Part shown: positions 52,046 to 64,000 of the stretch, one piece after another
Layout of the letters: each line of letters opens with the position of its first letter
How positions within the stretch are numbered: the first letter of the stretch is position 1
Program-made: the position numbers and the translations under genes
Assembly: GCF_009914755.1 (NCBI RefSeq)
Contig: NC_060947.1
Length of the DNA stretch: 64,000 bases
Strand: one strand, 5' to 3'
From: the human T2T-CHM13v2.0 reference genome, Homo sapiens
Notes under the pieces: generated by a model
Databases searched by the model: none
What the model was told of the DNA's origin: nothing
The model's input: only the letters and a program-made list of their open reading frames with translations

Positions 52046-54709
52046 TTAACATTGGGCAAGCAATCTGACCTCTTTGAGCCTCAGTTTCCCCATCTGTAAG
52101 ATGCAGGTAACAGCAATCTCTCCCTGTAGTGTCACTGTCAGGATAGAGAGTGGTGTGAGAATAGGCAGGAAGGTCTGAGTGGGGCAGACAGAATGATTAT
52201 GAAAGTAGAATTTCTAAGTAAAGTGGGGTCGGGGGGCAAGTGAGTGGGTCCCAAGTGCAAACCCAGATATTTCAAAGGCCAGTCCCTGTCTCTGACTGCC
52301 TGAAGAGTTTTCTGGTGCCTGATTCCTTCCTGCAAGGACTTGGGTGGACCCTGGTTGGATGGGGCTCAAGACATGGCAGGGTCTGAAGCTGAAGTTGGGG
52401 GGAGACGGAAACCAGAGGCTGATTAACATAAAATCTCTCTGAGCTGCAACTCCTGGACACCAGAGCAAGGAAAGGCAGGAGGGGGACAGGAGCTGAGCAA
52501 GGCAGTAGAGGAAATGGAGACCTGGGCAGTGGATGACTTTAGGAGGACTCTAGGAACATACAGGCAGCCTTGAGGTCAAGGCCAAGGGCTTAAAGCCAGG
52601 AGCTGGCCCACCTCAAAGCAGCCATTGTGGTTCTCCAAAGCTCAACTTATCTCTAAGGAGCTGCTCAGATCAGGAAATCATCCATCTAAAAACATTTATT
52701 AAGCACTTACTAAGCAGACACTGGGGCTGGGAAAACAGAAGTGCAGCCCACAGGCCTTGCCTTCTTATGACTTGATATCTCTAAGTTGAAGTCCTGAGGC
52801 AGAGGCAAGGTGAGGGATGGGGCGTGTGTGGAACTTTATCTCAGCTCTATCACTGATTTGCATAATACAGCCTTCTTTCTCTCTGAGCCTCAGCTTCCCC
52901 ACTGGCACAATAAGAGAGGGTGGGGGAACAGATGCTTTATAAGGGCCCATGAGTCTGAACTGGTGAAGTGGGCTCAGCGGCCATAATAGGGGCTGAGCAG
53001 AGCCCAAAGTCTCAGAGCAACAGGGCTGGGAAGCTCTTTCTGAGCCTAGAAGGTGCCCACTTATCCCCCCACCCCCTCCCCAAGCTTCCTGGCCCTCCTA
53101 TACCTCCCAGGGAGGTCCTTTGGGCTGTGAAACTCCCTTCTCACCTTTCCTGCTATGTGGTGTGGTCTGTCCAGACGTCTGCTTGCCCACCAGGCCTGGA
53201 GCACTTAGGTTTTGGACCATGGAAGAGCAGCCATGGTGAACTGATGTGGCTGTTTCCCTTATAGGCCCCAGACCCTCTCTGGTGACCATAGGAGGCCAAT
53301 TAGCAGAGAACAAAATGCTTCCTGCCCTGAGCCCTTGCCTACCACTGCCTGCATCTGCTCAGGGCTTAATGGTCATTTGAGCTGTCTCTGGGGACGGAGG
53401 ATGGGGCTTCCACGGACTGCCTGGCTCCAGGCAACAGCCTGCATCCTGAGGGAGGCCAGAGGAGGAGGAGCAAGGTGATTGCAGCTGCTGGAGAAGCCCA
53501 AGAAAGCAGGAATACAGTATACTTGGAGCCAGCGCCAGCATCTGGAGGCTGCTCCTGCCACCTACCTGGGAACTGATGCTCCCCAGCATCTCCTGCACCT
53601 CTGCAAGGCCCTAGCTGCTGGTGGGCACAGTGGGTGGGTGCGGTGGGGGGCAGTGCGGGAAGCACTGAGCCTTTAGAGAATCCTCTTAGTGGAGGAAGCT
53701 GCTGGGGTCTAGACTCCTCCTCACTGGGCCCTATGCTCTTGTGGGTAGGATATGGCTAAGGGCCTTCATCTCAAACTTTCCAGGCTGGTCTGGAAAACTG
53801 GTTTCTCTGCCTGCCTGCTACGAAGAAAATGCTCGGTTGGAAGGGAGAAGAACTGGGTTATGGTTGGTGCCTGCCGCTGATGTGCTGCTCCATGGTTTTT
53901 CCAGCCCTGGGCCTCAGTTTTCTCATCTGTTAGGTCAGAATGACTGTGCACCTTGCCACGTCAGCTGACTGGCTTGGAAGAGTGACCTCCAAGAGTTCAG
54001 GCAGGTGGGATGGCTGATGTGGGGAGGCTGGAGTGGAGGGCACAGGGGTCAGGGGTGGAGAGAGACTAAGTCTAGAGAGGTGATGTCACTTCCACAGAGG
54101 GGTCTCCACTGATGCCCCTCTCCCACCTGGATCTGAAATCCCACCCTATCACATGTATTAGTTGTGTGACCTTGGGCAAGTCACTGAATCCTTCTGTGCC
54201 TCAATAGAGTGGGGATTAGGACAATCTTACAAATCACTCATGAGATAGTGTGTATAAATGAGGTTACCCTTGTGAAGCACCTAGCAGTGCCTAGACAGAA
54301 CTCAGGTGAGGGAGAGGGACAGTGGGAGCACTGTCACATGGAGAAAATGCCTGCAGGAGCCCTCAGGCACAGCTGCCACCAGCCACCAGCCCCAGCCTCC
54401 CACCCCTGCCCTGCTATGAATAATGAACTGGTATCGATCCCCTACTCGGGAAATTCCCTGTGACCTGTGATAAAAATACACCCAGCCTGCCAGCCTGGAG
54501 CTCCAGACAGGTTTTCAACAGTCAGGGCTGAGCTTATCTGCACATCCCCCACCCCACTCCCAGCCCTAAGAGGGGAGCTCAGTAGAACAGGGCATTAGAG
54601 ACTGAGACCAGGTGGTGCCCACCATCTCCACCATCCCATCTCCAGGTAGATGAGATTAAAAAGCGGGATAATCTGTGGTGGGAGCCTTCCTAGCCAGGCC
54701 CCAGGAGGG

Positions 54710-54890
54710 AGGACCTGGGTTTGAATCCTGCCTCTATCGCTTCCTGCCAAGTGTCTCAGTTTCATCAGCTGTAAAATGAAGATAGCCATTCCTTCCTCAT
54801 AGAGATAGTCCTAGATTCAAATGATTTAAGGTATGTATAAATGCCCAGCACAGTGCCTGGCCAATGGGAGGCACTCAATAAATGGCAGTT
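54710..54890 (+). mobile_element. MIR
   Basis: GACCTGGGTTTGAATCCTG...CTCAGTTTCATCAGCTGTAAAATG...CAGTGCCTGG...CACTCAATAAATGG. Confidence 0.85.
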
Positions 54891-54979
54891 AGGCCTTCCC
54901 AATTTTTCCTCCTGCTCCCTGTCTTTGCTGTAAAACTCAGGACTGTTTTGCAGGGGAATGAAACATTGAGTGACTTATT

Positions 54980-55796
54980 AAAAAATAAGAGGCTTATTGA
55001 TATATAACTCACAAACCATAAAATTCACCCCCTTAAAGTGCACAATTGAGTGGTTTTTAAGTATATTCACAGGGTTGTGCAACCATCATGATTATCTAAT
55101 TTTAGGACATTTTCATCTACCCTAAAAGAAATCTCTTGCCCATTAGCAGTCACTACCAATTCCCACCTCCTCCATCCCATGACCTTGACAACCATGGATC
55201 TACTTTTTATCTCTGTGGATTTACCTTTTCTGAATATTTTATACTAGTGGAATCACATCACATGTGGCATTTTGTGTCTGGCTTCTTTCAATTAGCTTAA
55301 TGTTTTCCAGTTTCATCCTTGTTGTGCCAGGTAATAGTACTTCATTCTTTTTTATGGCTAAGAAATATTCCATCATACAGATAAACTATATTTTGTGTAT
55401 CCATTCATGGGTCGACAGATATTTAGGTTGTTTCCACTTTTTGGTTATTGTGAATAATACTGCTACGAACCTTCATGTACAAGTTCTTCTGTAGACATAT
55501 GTTTTCATTTATCTTGGAGATATATACATATATAACATTTTGAGGAACTGCTAAACCATTTTCTAAAGCAGCTGCATCATTTTACATTTCCACCATCAGT
55601 GTATGATGGTTCCAGTTTCTCCACATCCTTGTCAACACACATTATTATCTTTTTGATTCTAGCCAACCAAGTGGCTATGAACTGATATGTCATTGTGGTT
55701 TTGATGTTGAGCATCTTTTCATGTGTTTTTAGTCAGTTGTGTATCTTCCTTGAGAAATATATTTTCAGATACTTTGCCAATTTTTAAATTGGATTG

Positions 55797-55802
<6 letters not shown>
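54980..55802 (-). mobile_element. L1MB (MB7/8-like) 3' portion, continuing at 62095
   Basis: ACCATAAAATTCACCCCCTTAAAGTG..CAATT..GTGGTTTTT..GTATATTCACAG.GTTGTGCAACCATCA 3' end signature. Confidence 0.88.

Positions 55803-55837
<35 letters not shown>
55802..55837. repeat. (TG)n microsatellite, possibly a decayed retrotransposon poly-A tail
   Basis: Direct inspection. It sits immediately after the left candidate TSD. Confidence 0.9.
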
Positions 55838-55839
<2 letters not shown>

Positions 55840-56254
55840 TGTTTTGTTTGTCTATTTAATTAGACAAAAATTCAAAAGGAGCAATAGGGATATTCAGTGA
55901 CAAGTAATTCTCCTTCCTCCTTTCCTCCAAATATCCATTCTCCCTCCTGGGAGACAGACTCTTTTAGTAGTTTCTATTTATTTTTTCAGAGGTATTTCAT
56001 GCATTTACAAACATATAAATCTATTAATATGTATAATAAGAAATTATTTAAATTACTTCAGTAATGAAATTTGTTTTATAATTTCATATGCTAGATCATC
56101 ATAGGCACAAAACTTAACAACAAGGCAACATTCCTTATTTCAGTTCTGTGTTATTACTTTAGATTTTACCTTTATGTAATGATATATCATTTGTCATCTA
56201 CCATATTTTTATCTTCATTGGATACTTCAAAAACATTAAGAGAAAATTTTTTCA

Positions 56255-56552
56255 GGCTGGATGCGGTGGCTCATGACTAATCCCAGCACTTTGGGAAGCC
56301 AAGGAGGGCAGATCTCTTGAGGTCAAGAGTTCGAGACCAGCCTGGCCAACATGGTAAAACCCCGTCTCTACTAAAAATACAAAAATTAGCTAGGCCTGGT
56401 GGCGTGCGCCTGTAGTCCCAGCTACTCAGGAGGCTGAGGCAGGAGAATTGCTTGAACCCAGGAGGCGGAGGTTGCTGTGAGCCAGAGATTGCACCACTGC
56501 ACTCCAGCCTGGGGGACAGAGTAAGACTCCATCTTAAAAAAAAAAAAAAAAA
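56255..56552 (+). mobile_element. AluSx/Sz-like
   Basis: Full Alu body. TSD AGAAAATTTTTTC at 56241-56253 and 56553-56565. Confidence 0.96.
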
Positions 56553-56558
56553 AGAAAA

Positions 56559-56845
56559 TTTTTTCTTTAGAGACAGGGTCTCATTCTGTCACCCAGGCTG
56601 GAGGGCAGTGGTGCAATCATGGCTCCCTGCAGCCTCAAACTCCTGGACTCAAGTGATCCTCTCACCTCAGCCTCCCAAATAGCTGGGATTACAGGTGGGT
56701 GACACCACACCCAGCTAATTACTTTATTTTTTGTAGAGATGGGGGTCTCACTTTGTTGCCCATCCTGGTGTCAAGCTCCTTGTCTCAAGTGATCCTCCTG
56801 CCTCGACGTCCCAAAGTGCTGGAATTACAGGTGTGAACCTAGCCT
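56559..56845 (-). mobile_element. AluJ-like, tail-to-tail with the preceding Alu
   Basis: GAGACAGGGTCTC, CTGCAGCCTCAAACTCCTGG, TTTTTGTAGAGATGGGG and AAGTGATCCTCCTGCCTCG. Confidence 0.95.
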
Positions 56846-57293
56846 AAAAATATTTTAATATAGGAGGTTTCAAACATACCCAAAAGGAGAGAGACTAATA
56901 CAATAGATCCCCAAGTACCCAACTAGTATGCACATTTTAAGCTATTAATAAACAATGCCAAGTTTTTATCTTACACAAGGTTTTTAGTTATTTATATTCC
57001 TATCTGCTACATATGAGATTTACACTATTTTTTATTTATACAGAGTAATTGTACATATTTATGAGGTACATGTGATATTTCGATATGTGCATTCAATGTG
57101 TAATTTTCAAATCTGGGTAATTGGAATGTCCATCACCTCAAACATTTATCCTTTCCTTTTCTTGGGAACATTCCAAATCTTCTCTTCTAGCTATCTTGAA
57201 ATATACAGTACATTGTTGTTAACTATAGTCACTCTACTGTGCAACTGAATGCTAGAATTTATTCCTTCTATGTAACAGTATTTTTGAACCTAG

Positions 57294-57640
57294 TGATATG
57301 GTTTTGCTCTGTGTCCCCACCCAAATCTCACGTCCAATTGTAATCCCCAGGTGATTGGATTATGGTGGGTGGTTTCCCCCATGCTGTTCTTGTGATAGTG
57401 AGGGAGTTCTCACATGGTTTGATGATTTAAAAGTGTGTGGCAGTTTCCCCCTTGCTCTCTCTCTCTTTCTCTTGCCTCCATGTAAGACATGCCTTACTTC
57501 CCCTTCAGCTTCTGCCATGATTGTAAGTTTCCTGAGGCCTCCCTAGCCATGGGGAACTGTGAGTCAATTAAGCCTCCTTCCTTTATAAATTACCCAGTCT
57601 CAGGCAGTTCTTTATAGCAGTGTGAAAACAGACTAATACA
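57294..57640 (+). mobile_element. THE1 (THE1D-like) MaLR solo LTR
   Basis: TGATATGGTTT.GCTCTGTGTCCCCACCCAAATCTCA...CCATGATTGTAAGTTTCCTGAGGCCTCCC...GACTAATACA. Confidence 0.93.
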
Positions 57641-58281
57641 CCCGGTAACCAATCTTTCTTGATTCTCCCTTCCCTCTACCCTTCCCAGCCTCTTGTAACC
57701 ACTATTTTATTCCTTGCCTCCACGAGATCAACTTTTAAAGCTCCCACATGAATGAGAACATGCAATATTTGTCTTCCCATGCCTGACTTATTTTACTTTA
57801 CATAATGACCTCCAGTTCCATAAATGTTGCTACAAATGACAGCATTTCATTATTTCATTTTTTATGGCTGAATAGTATTTTATTGTATATATATGCCACA
57901 TTTTCTTTATCCATTTATCCACTGAGTTCACTTACGTGGATTCTGTATGTTGGCTTTTGTGAATAGTGCTGCAGTAAACATGGGTGTGTAGGGGTCTCCT
58001 TGATATACTGATTTTCTTTCTTTTGGGTATATACCTAGCAATGGGATTGCTGGATCATATGGTAGATCTATTTTTAGTTTTGAAAGGCACCTCCATGCTT
58101 GTTTCCATGGTGGCTGTACCAATTTGCAGTCCCACCAGCAGTGTATTAGCATTCCACTTTCTCCACATCCTTGCCAGAATATGTTATTTTTTGTCTTTTT
58201 GATAATAGCCATTCTAACTGCAGGGAGATGATATTTAATTATGGTTTTGATTAGCACTTCCCTGATGATTAGTGATATTGA

Positions 58282-58698
<417 letters not shown>

Positions 58699-59261
58699 TA
58701 AGTTGTTTGAGTTTCTTATATATTCTGGTTATTAATCTCTTGTCAAATAGATAGTTTGCAAATATTTTCTCTCACTCTCTAGGTTGTCTCTTCACTCTAT
58801 TGATTGTTTCCTTTGTTGTGCAGAAGCTTTTTACCTTGAGGTAATCCCATTAGTCTATTTTTGCTTTTGTCACCTGTGCTTTTGAGGTCTTACCCCAAAC
58901 ATCTTTCCTCAGACCAATTTTGGGAAACATTTCCCCAATGTTTTCTTCTAGTACATTCAGAGTTTCAGGTCTTACATTTAAGTTTTTAAACCATTTTGAT
59001 TTTATTTTTTTATATGGTGAGAGATGGGTGTTTAGTTTCATCTTTCTGCATATGGATATCCAATTTTCTCAGCACTATTTATTGAAGAGACTGTCCTTTT
59101 CTCAATGAATGTTCTTGGCACTTTTGTGAAAAATGAGTTGGCTGTAAATGTGTGGGTTTATTTCTGGTTTTTCAATGTAATATTTTGTTCCATTTGACTA
59201 TGTATCTGTTTTTATGCCAGTACCATGCTGTATTGGTTATTATACGTTTGTAGTATATTTT

Positions 59262-59504
59262 TATTTGCATATATATAAATATAAATATATAAATATATAT
59301 TTTGAGACAGGGTCTCACTCTGTCACCCAGGCTGGAGTGGAGTGGTGTGATCACAACTCACTGTAGCTTGGATCTTTTGGGCTCAAGCAATCCTCCCACC
59401 TCAGCCTCCTAAGTAGCTGGAACTATATGCAGGCACACACCATCACACCTGGCTAATTTTTATATTTTTTGTAGAGATGAGGTTTCACCATATAGCTTAG
59501 GCTG
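59262..59504 (-). mobile_element. 5'-truncated AluJ-like with an AT-rich tail
   Basis: GAGACAGGGTCTCACTCTG...GGGCTCAAGCAATCCTCCC. TSD TTGTAGT(A/C)TATTTT. Confidence 0.92.
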
Positions 59505-60234
59505 TTGTAGTCTATTTTAAAGTCAGGTAGTGTGATGCCTTCAGCTTTGTTCTTTTTTGCTCAGAATTGTTTTCGCTATTCAAGATATCCGTGGTTCCAT
59601 ATGAATTTTAGGATTTTTTTTTCTATTTCTTTGAAGAATTTCATTGGCATTTTGATAGAGATTGCATTGAATATGTAGATTTCTTTGGATGGTATGGACA
59701 TTTTAACAATATTAATTATTTCAATTTGTGAACATTGCATGCCTTTCCATTTTTCGTGCCCTCTTCAATTTTTTTAATCAGTGTTTTATAGTTTTCATTG
59801 TAGAGATCTTTCACTTCTTTGGTTAAATTTATTCTTGTTTTTTTTTTGTAGCTATTGTAAATGGGATTGCTTTCTTGATTTCTTTTACAGATTGTTCACT
59901 GTTGGCATATAAAAATGCTACTGACTTTTGTATGCTGATTTTTTTTTATCCTGCAACTTTACTGAATTTATCAGTATTAACAGTTTTTTAGTAGAGTCTC
60001 TAGATTTTTCTAAATATAAGATCATATCATCTGCAGTTTGGCTTATTTGTTTCCAATTTGAATGCCCTTTATTTATTTTTCTTTCCTAGTTGTCCTGGCT
60101 AAGATTTTCAGTACTACATTAAATAAAAGTGGTGAAAGTGGGCACTCTGGTCTTGCTCCAGATACTAGAGGAAAGGCTTTCACATTTTCTCCATTCGACA
60201 TGATGTTAGCTGTGGGTTTATCATATATGGACTT

Positions 60235-60631
<397 letters not shown>

Positions 60632-61478
60632 TGAGAGTTTTTATCATGAAAGGGTGTTGAATTTTATCAAATGCTTTTTCTGCATTTTTTGAGATGATCA
60701 TATGGCATTTGTTCTTTATTCTGTTGATGTGGCCTATCACATTTATTAGTTTGCATATGTTGAATCTTTCTTGCATCTCTGGGATAAATCCCACTTGATC
60801 ATGGTGTATTATATTTTTGATGTGTTGTTGAATTTGATGTGCTGATATTTTGTTGAGAAATTTTACATCTATGTTCATTAAGGATATTGGCCTGTAGTTT
60901 TTGTTGTTGTTGTTGTATCCTCATCTGGTTTTGGTATCAGAGTAATGCTGGCCTCATAGAATAAGTTAAAAAGAATTCTTTCCTCTTCAACTTTTTTTAT
61001 ATTTTGAGAATTAGGGCCAGTGTTTGGTAGAATTTAGCAATAAAGCCATCCAGTCCTGGGCTTTTCTTTGTTGGGAGATGTTTTATTACTGATTTAGTCT
61101 TGCTACTTGTTTCTGGTCTGTTCAGGTTTTCTCTTTCTTCCCCATTCAATCTTGGTGGGTTATTATATGTGTCCAGGAATTTGTCCATTTCCTCTAGGTT
61201 TTTCAATTTGTTGGAATATAGTTGTTCATAATAGTCTCTAGTGATCCTTTGTATTTCTGTTTTATCAGTTGTAATGTCTCCTCCTTCATTTCTGATTTTA
61301 TTTGTTTGGGTTTTCTCTCTTTTTTCCTTAGTCTAGCTAAGAGTTTGTCAAATCCTTTAAGAAAACCAACTTTTCATTTCATTGATATCTTGTATTTTTT
61401 AGTCTCTGTTTCATTTAGTTCTGCTCTGAATTATTTCGTTTCTTTCTTTCTTTCCTTTATCAAATGCTTTTTTCTGCA

Positions 61479-61764
61479 TTTTTTGAGATGGAGTCTCTCT
61501 CTGTCACCCAGGCTAGAGTGCAGTGGCACAATCTTAGCTCACTGCGACCTCTGCCTCCAGGGTTCAAGTGATTCTCCCACCTCAGCCTCCTGAGTAGCTG
61601 GGATTATAGGCACACGCCATCATGCCTGCCTAATTTTTTATATCTTTAGTATAGATGGGGTTTCTCCATGTTGGCCAGGCTGGTCTTGAACTCCTGACCT
61701 TGTGATCTGCCAGCCTCAGCCTCCCAAAGTGCTGGGATTACAGGCATGAGCCACCACTCCCAGC
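61479..61764 (-). mobile_element. AluS with almost no tail and no evident TSD
   Basis: TTTTTTGAGATGGAGTCTC...GAGCCACCACTCCCAGC. Confidence 0.93.
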
Positions 61765-62230
61765 GATGTTTGTTCTTTATTCTGTTGATGTGGCCTATCG
61801 CATTTATTAATTTGCATATGTTAATCATTCTTGCATCCCTGGGAGCACCAGGTTGGCCATTCCACACGTCCCTGGGTAACATGGGGTCACCAGCAGTGTC
61901 TACAATGGGGTAGGTGGACAAATCCCCAGGCCAGCAGGTGAGGTGGGTGTGTGCCAGCAGTGTCTGTGGTAGGGTGAGTGGGCCAGTCATTGGGCCCCTG
62001 GGCTGGGCAAATGGGTGCAAGGTGGCCCAGCTTTTGGAAGTGGGATGTGGTTGCTGTCAGTTGCAGCGGCCCTCAGCAGACTGCTGTCACGCTCTTGGAT
62101 TGTTTTTTGTTGTTGAATTGTAAGAGTTCCTCATATATTTTGAATACAAGTCCTTTATCAGGTGTATGATTAGCAAATATCTTCTTCCATCTTGTGATGT
62201 GTATTTGTCTCTTCATTTCTTGGTGGTGTC

Positions 62231-62626
62231 TGTGTTAGGCCATTCTTGCATTGCTCTAAAGGAATACCTGAGCCTGCGTAATTTATAAAGAAAAGTGGTT
62301 TAATTGGCTCATAGTTCTGCAGGCTGTACAAGCATAGCATCAGCATCTGTTTGGCTTCTGACAAGGGCTCAGGGAGCTTTTACTGTTGGCAGAAGGTGAA
62401 GCAGGAGCAAGCACATCACATGGCAAGAGCAGGAGGGGTGGGGGGAGGTGACACACAGTTTTAAACAACCAGATCTCACAAGAACTCACTCACTATTATG
62501 AGGACAGCACCCAGTCATGAGGGATTTGCCCCCATGACCCAAACACCTCCCACCGGCCCCACCTCCAACACTGGGGATTTCATTTCAATATGAGATTTGG
62601 TGGGGGCAAATATCCAAACCATATCA
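62231..62626 (-). mobile_element. MSTA/MSTB-like MaLR solo LTR
   Basis: TGTGTTAGGCCATTCTTGCATTGCT..AAAGGAATACCTGAG...CCAAACCATATCA with a perfect 5-bp TSD GTGTC. Confidence 0.93.
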
Positions 62627-62663
62627 GTGTCCTTTGAAACACAAAAGTTTTTAATCATGATGA

Positions 62664-62987
<324 letters not shown>

Positions 62988-63649
62988 ATCATTGGTATTT
63001 TTTATATTGTGCCTAAGAAACCATGGGAGCCTAATCCAAAGTCACTATTTTCTTCTAACACCTTTATAGTTTTAGCTCTTACATTTAGGTCTCCAGTACA
63101 TTTTGAGTTAATTTATGAGTTGGTATGAGATGGCAGTCAAACTTCATTCTTTTGAATGTGGACATACAATTTTCCCAGCACCACTTGTTGAAAAGGCTAT
63201 TCTTATCCCACTGAATTGTCTTGACACTCTTGTTGAAAATCAATTGACCATGTATGCAATAGTTTATTTCTGTATTCTCAGTTATGTTCCATTGTTTTCA
63301 ATGTCTACCCTTATGCCAGCACTATAGTGTCTTGATTACAGTAGCTTTGTAGTAAATTTGAAATTGGGAAGAGTGAGTACAGTGAGCGTTCCAACTTTGT
63401 TCTTCTCATTTAAAAGTGTGTTGACTTTTCTAGATTCCTTTCAATTCAATATGAATTTTAGAATAAGTGTATCCATTTCTGCAAAAAAAAAAAAAAACTA
63501 GCTAGGTTATAAAATAGGGATTGGATTTGATCTATGGATCATTTGGGGGTCTCTTGCCCTCTTATCAATATGAAGCTTTCTGATACATTGACATGGGTTT
63601 TTTTTTATTTCTTCAGGTCTTCTTTATTTCTTTTAATGGTATTTTATAG

Positions 63650-63918
<269 letters not shown>

Positions 63919-64000
63919 TAATGCTATCTGTGAATAGAGAACATTTTACCTCTTTCATTCCAACCTGGATGTTTAAAAATATATTTTTCTTGCCTAATTT

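Overview
This is primate (human-like) non-coding genomic DNA, intergenic or deep intronic. I found no credible protein-coding gene, tRNA/rRNA, CRISPR array or prokaryotic-type system. The supplied ORFs are chance frames, microsatellite or Alu read-throughs, or broken L1/CR1 ORF2 remnants. About 1-55 kb is GC-rich and packed with ancient MIR, L2 and L3 repeats. It also carries scattered Alus, MER5 and MER53 DNA-transposon relics, an MLT1 LTR, a MER34-like solo LTR, two CpG-rich patches (~15.3-15.7 kb with a near-consensus CTCF motif, and ~35.0-35.5 kb) and several repeat-free, motif-rich blocks that look like developmental enhancers. About 55-64 kb is an AT-rich nested L1/Alu/LTR stack. The best leads are: (1) a probable ancient L1MA 3' transduction, a ~6.3 kb block bounded by a 14/16 target-site duplication inside an L1MB; (2) a templated duplication plus tail-less Alu at the deletion junction inside that L1; (3) a zero-spacer inverted Alu pair; (4) a perfect DUX4 motif in a THE1 LTR; (5) a miR-1302-like MER53 hairpin; and (6) an orphan CpG island with a candidate downstream non-coding exon. 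Repeat subfamily calls come from recalled consensus features, and old-repeat boundaries are approximate (tens of bp). I could not identify the locus from sequence alone.
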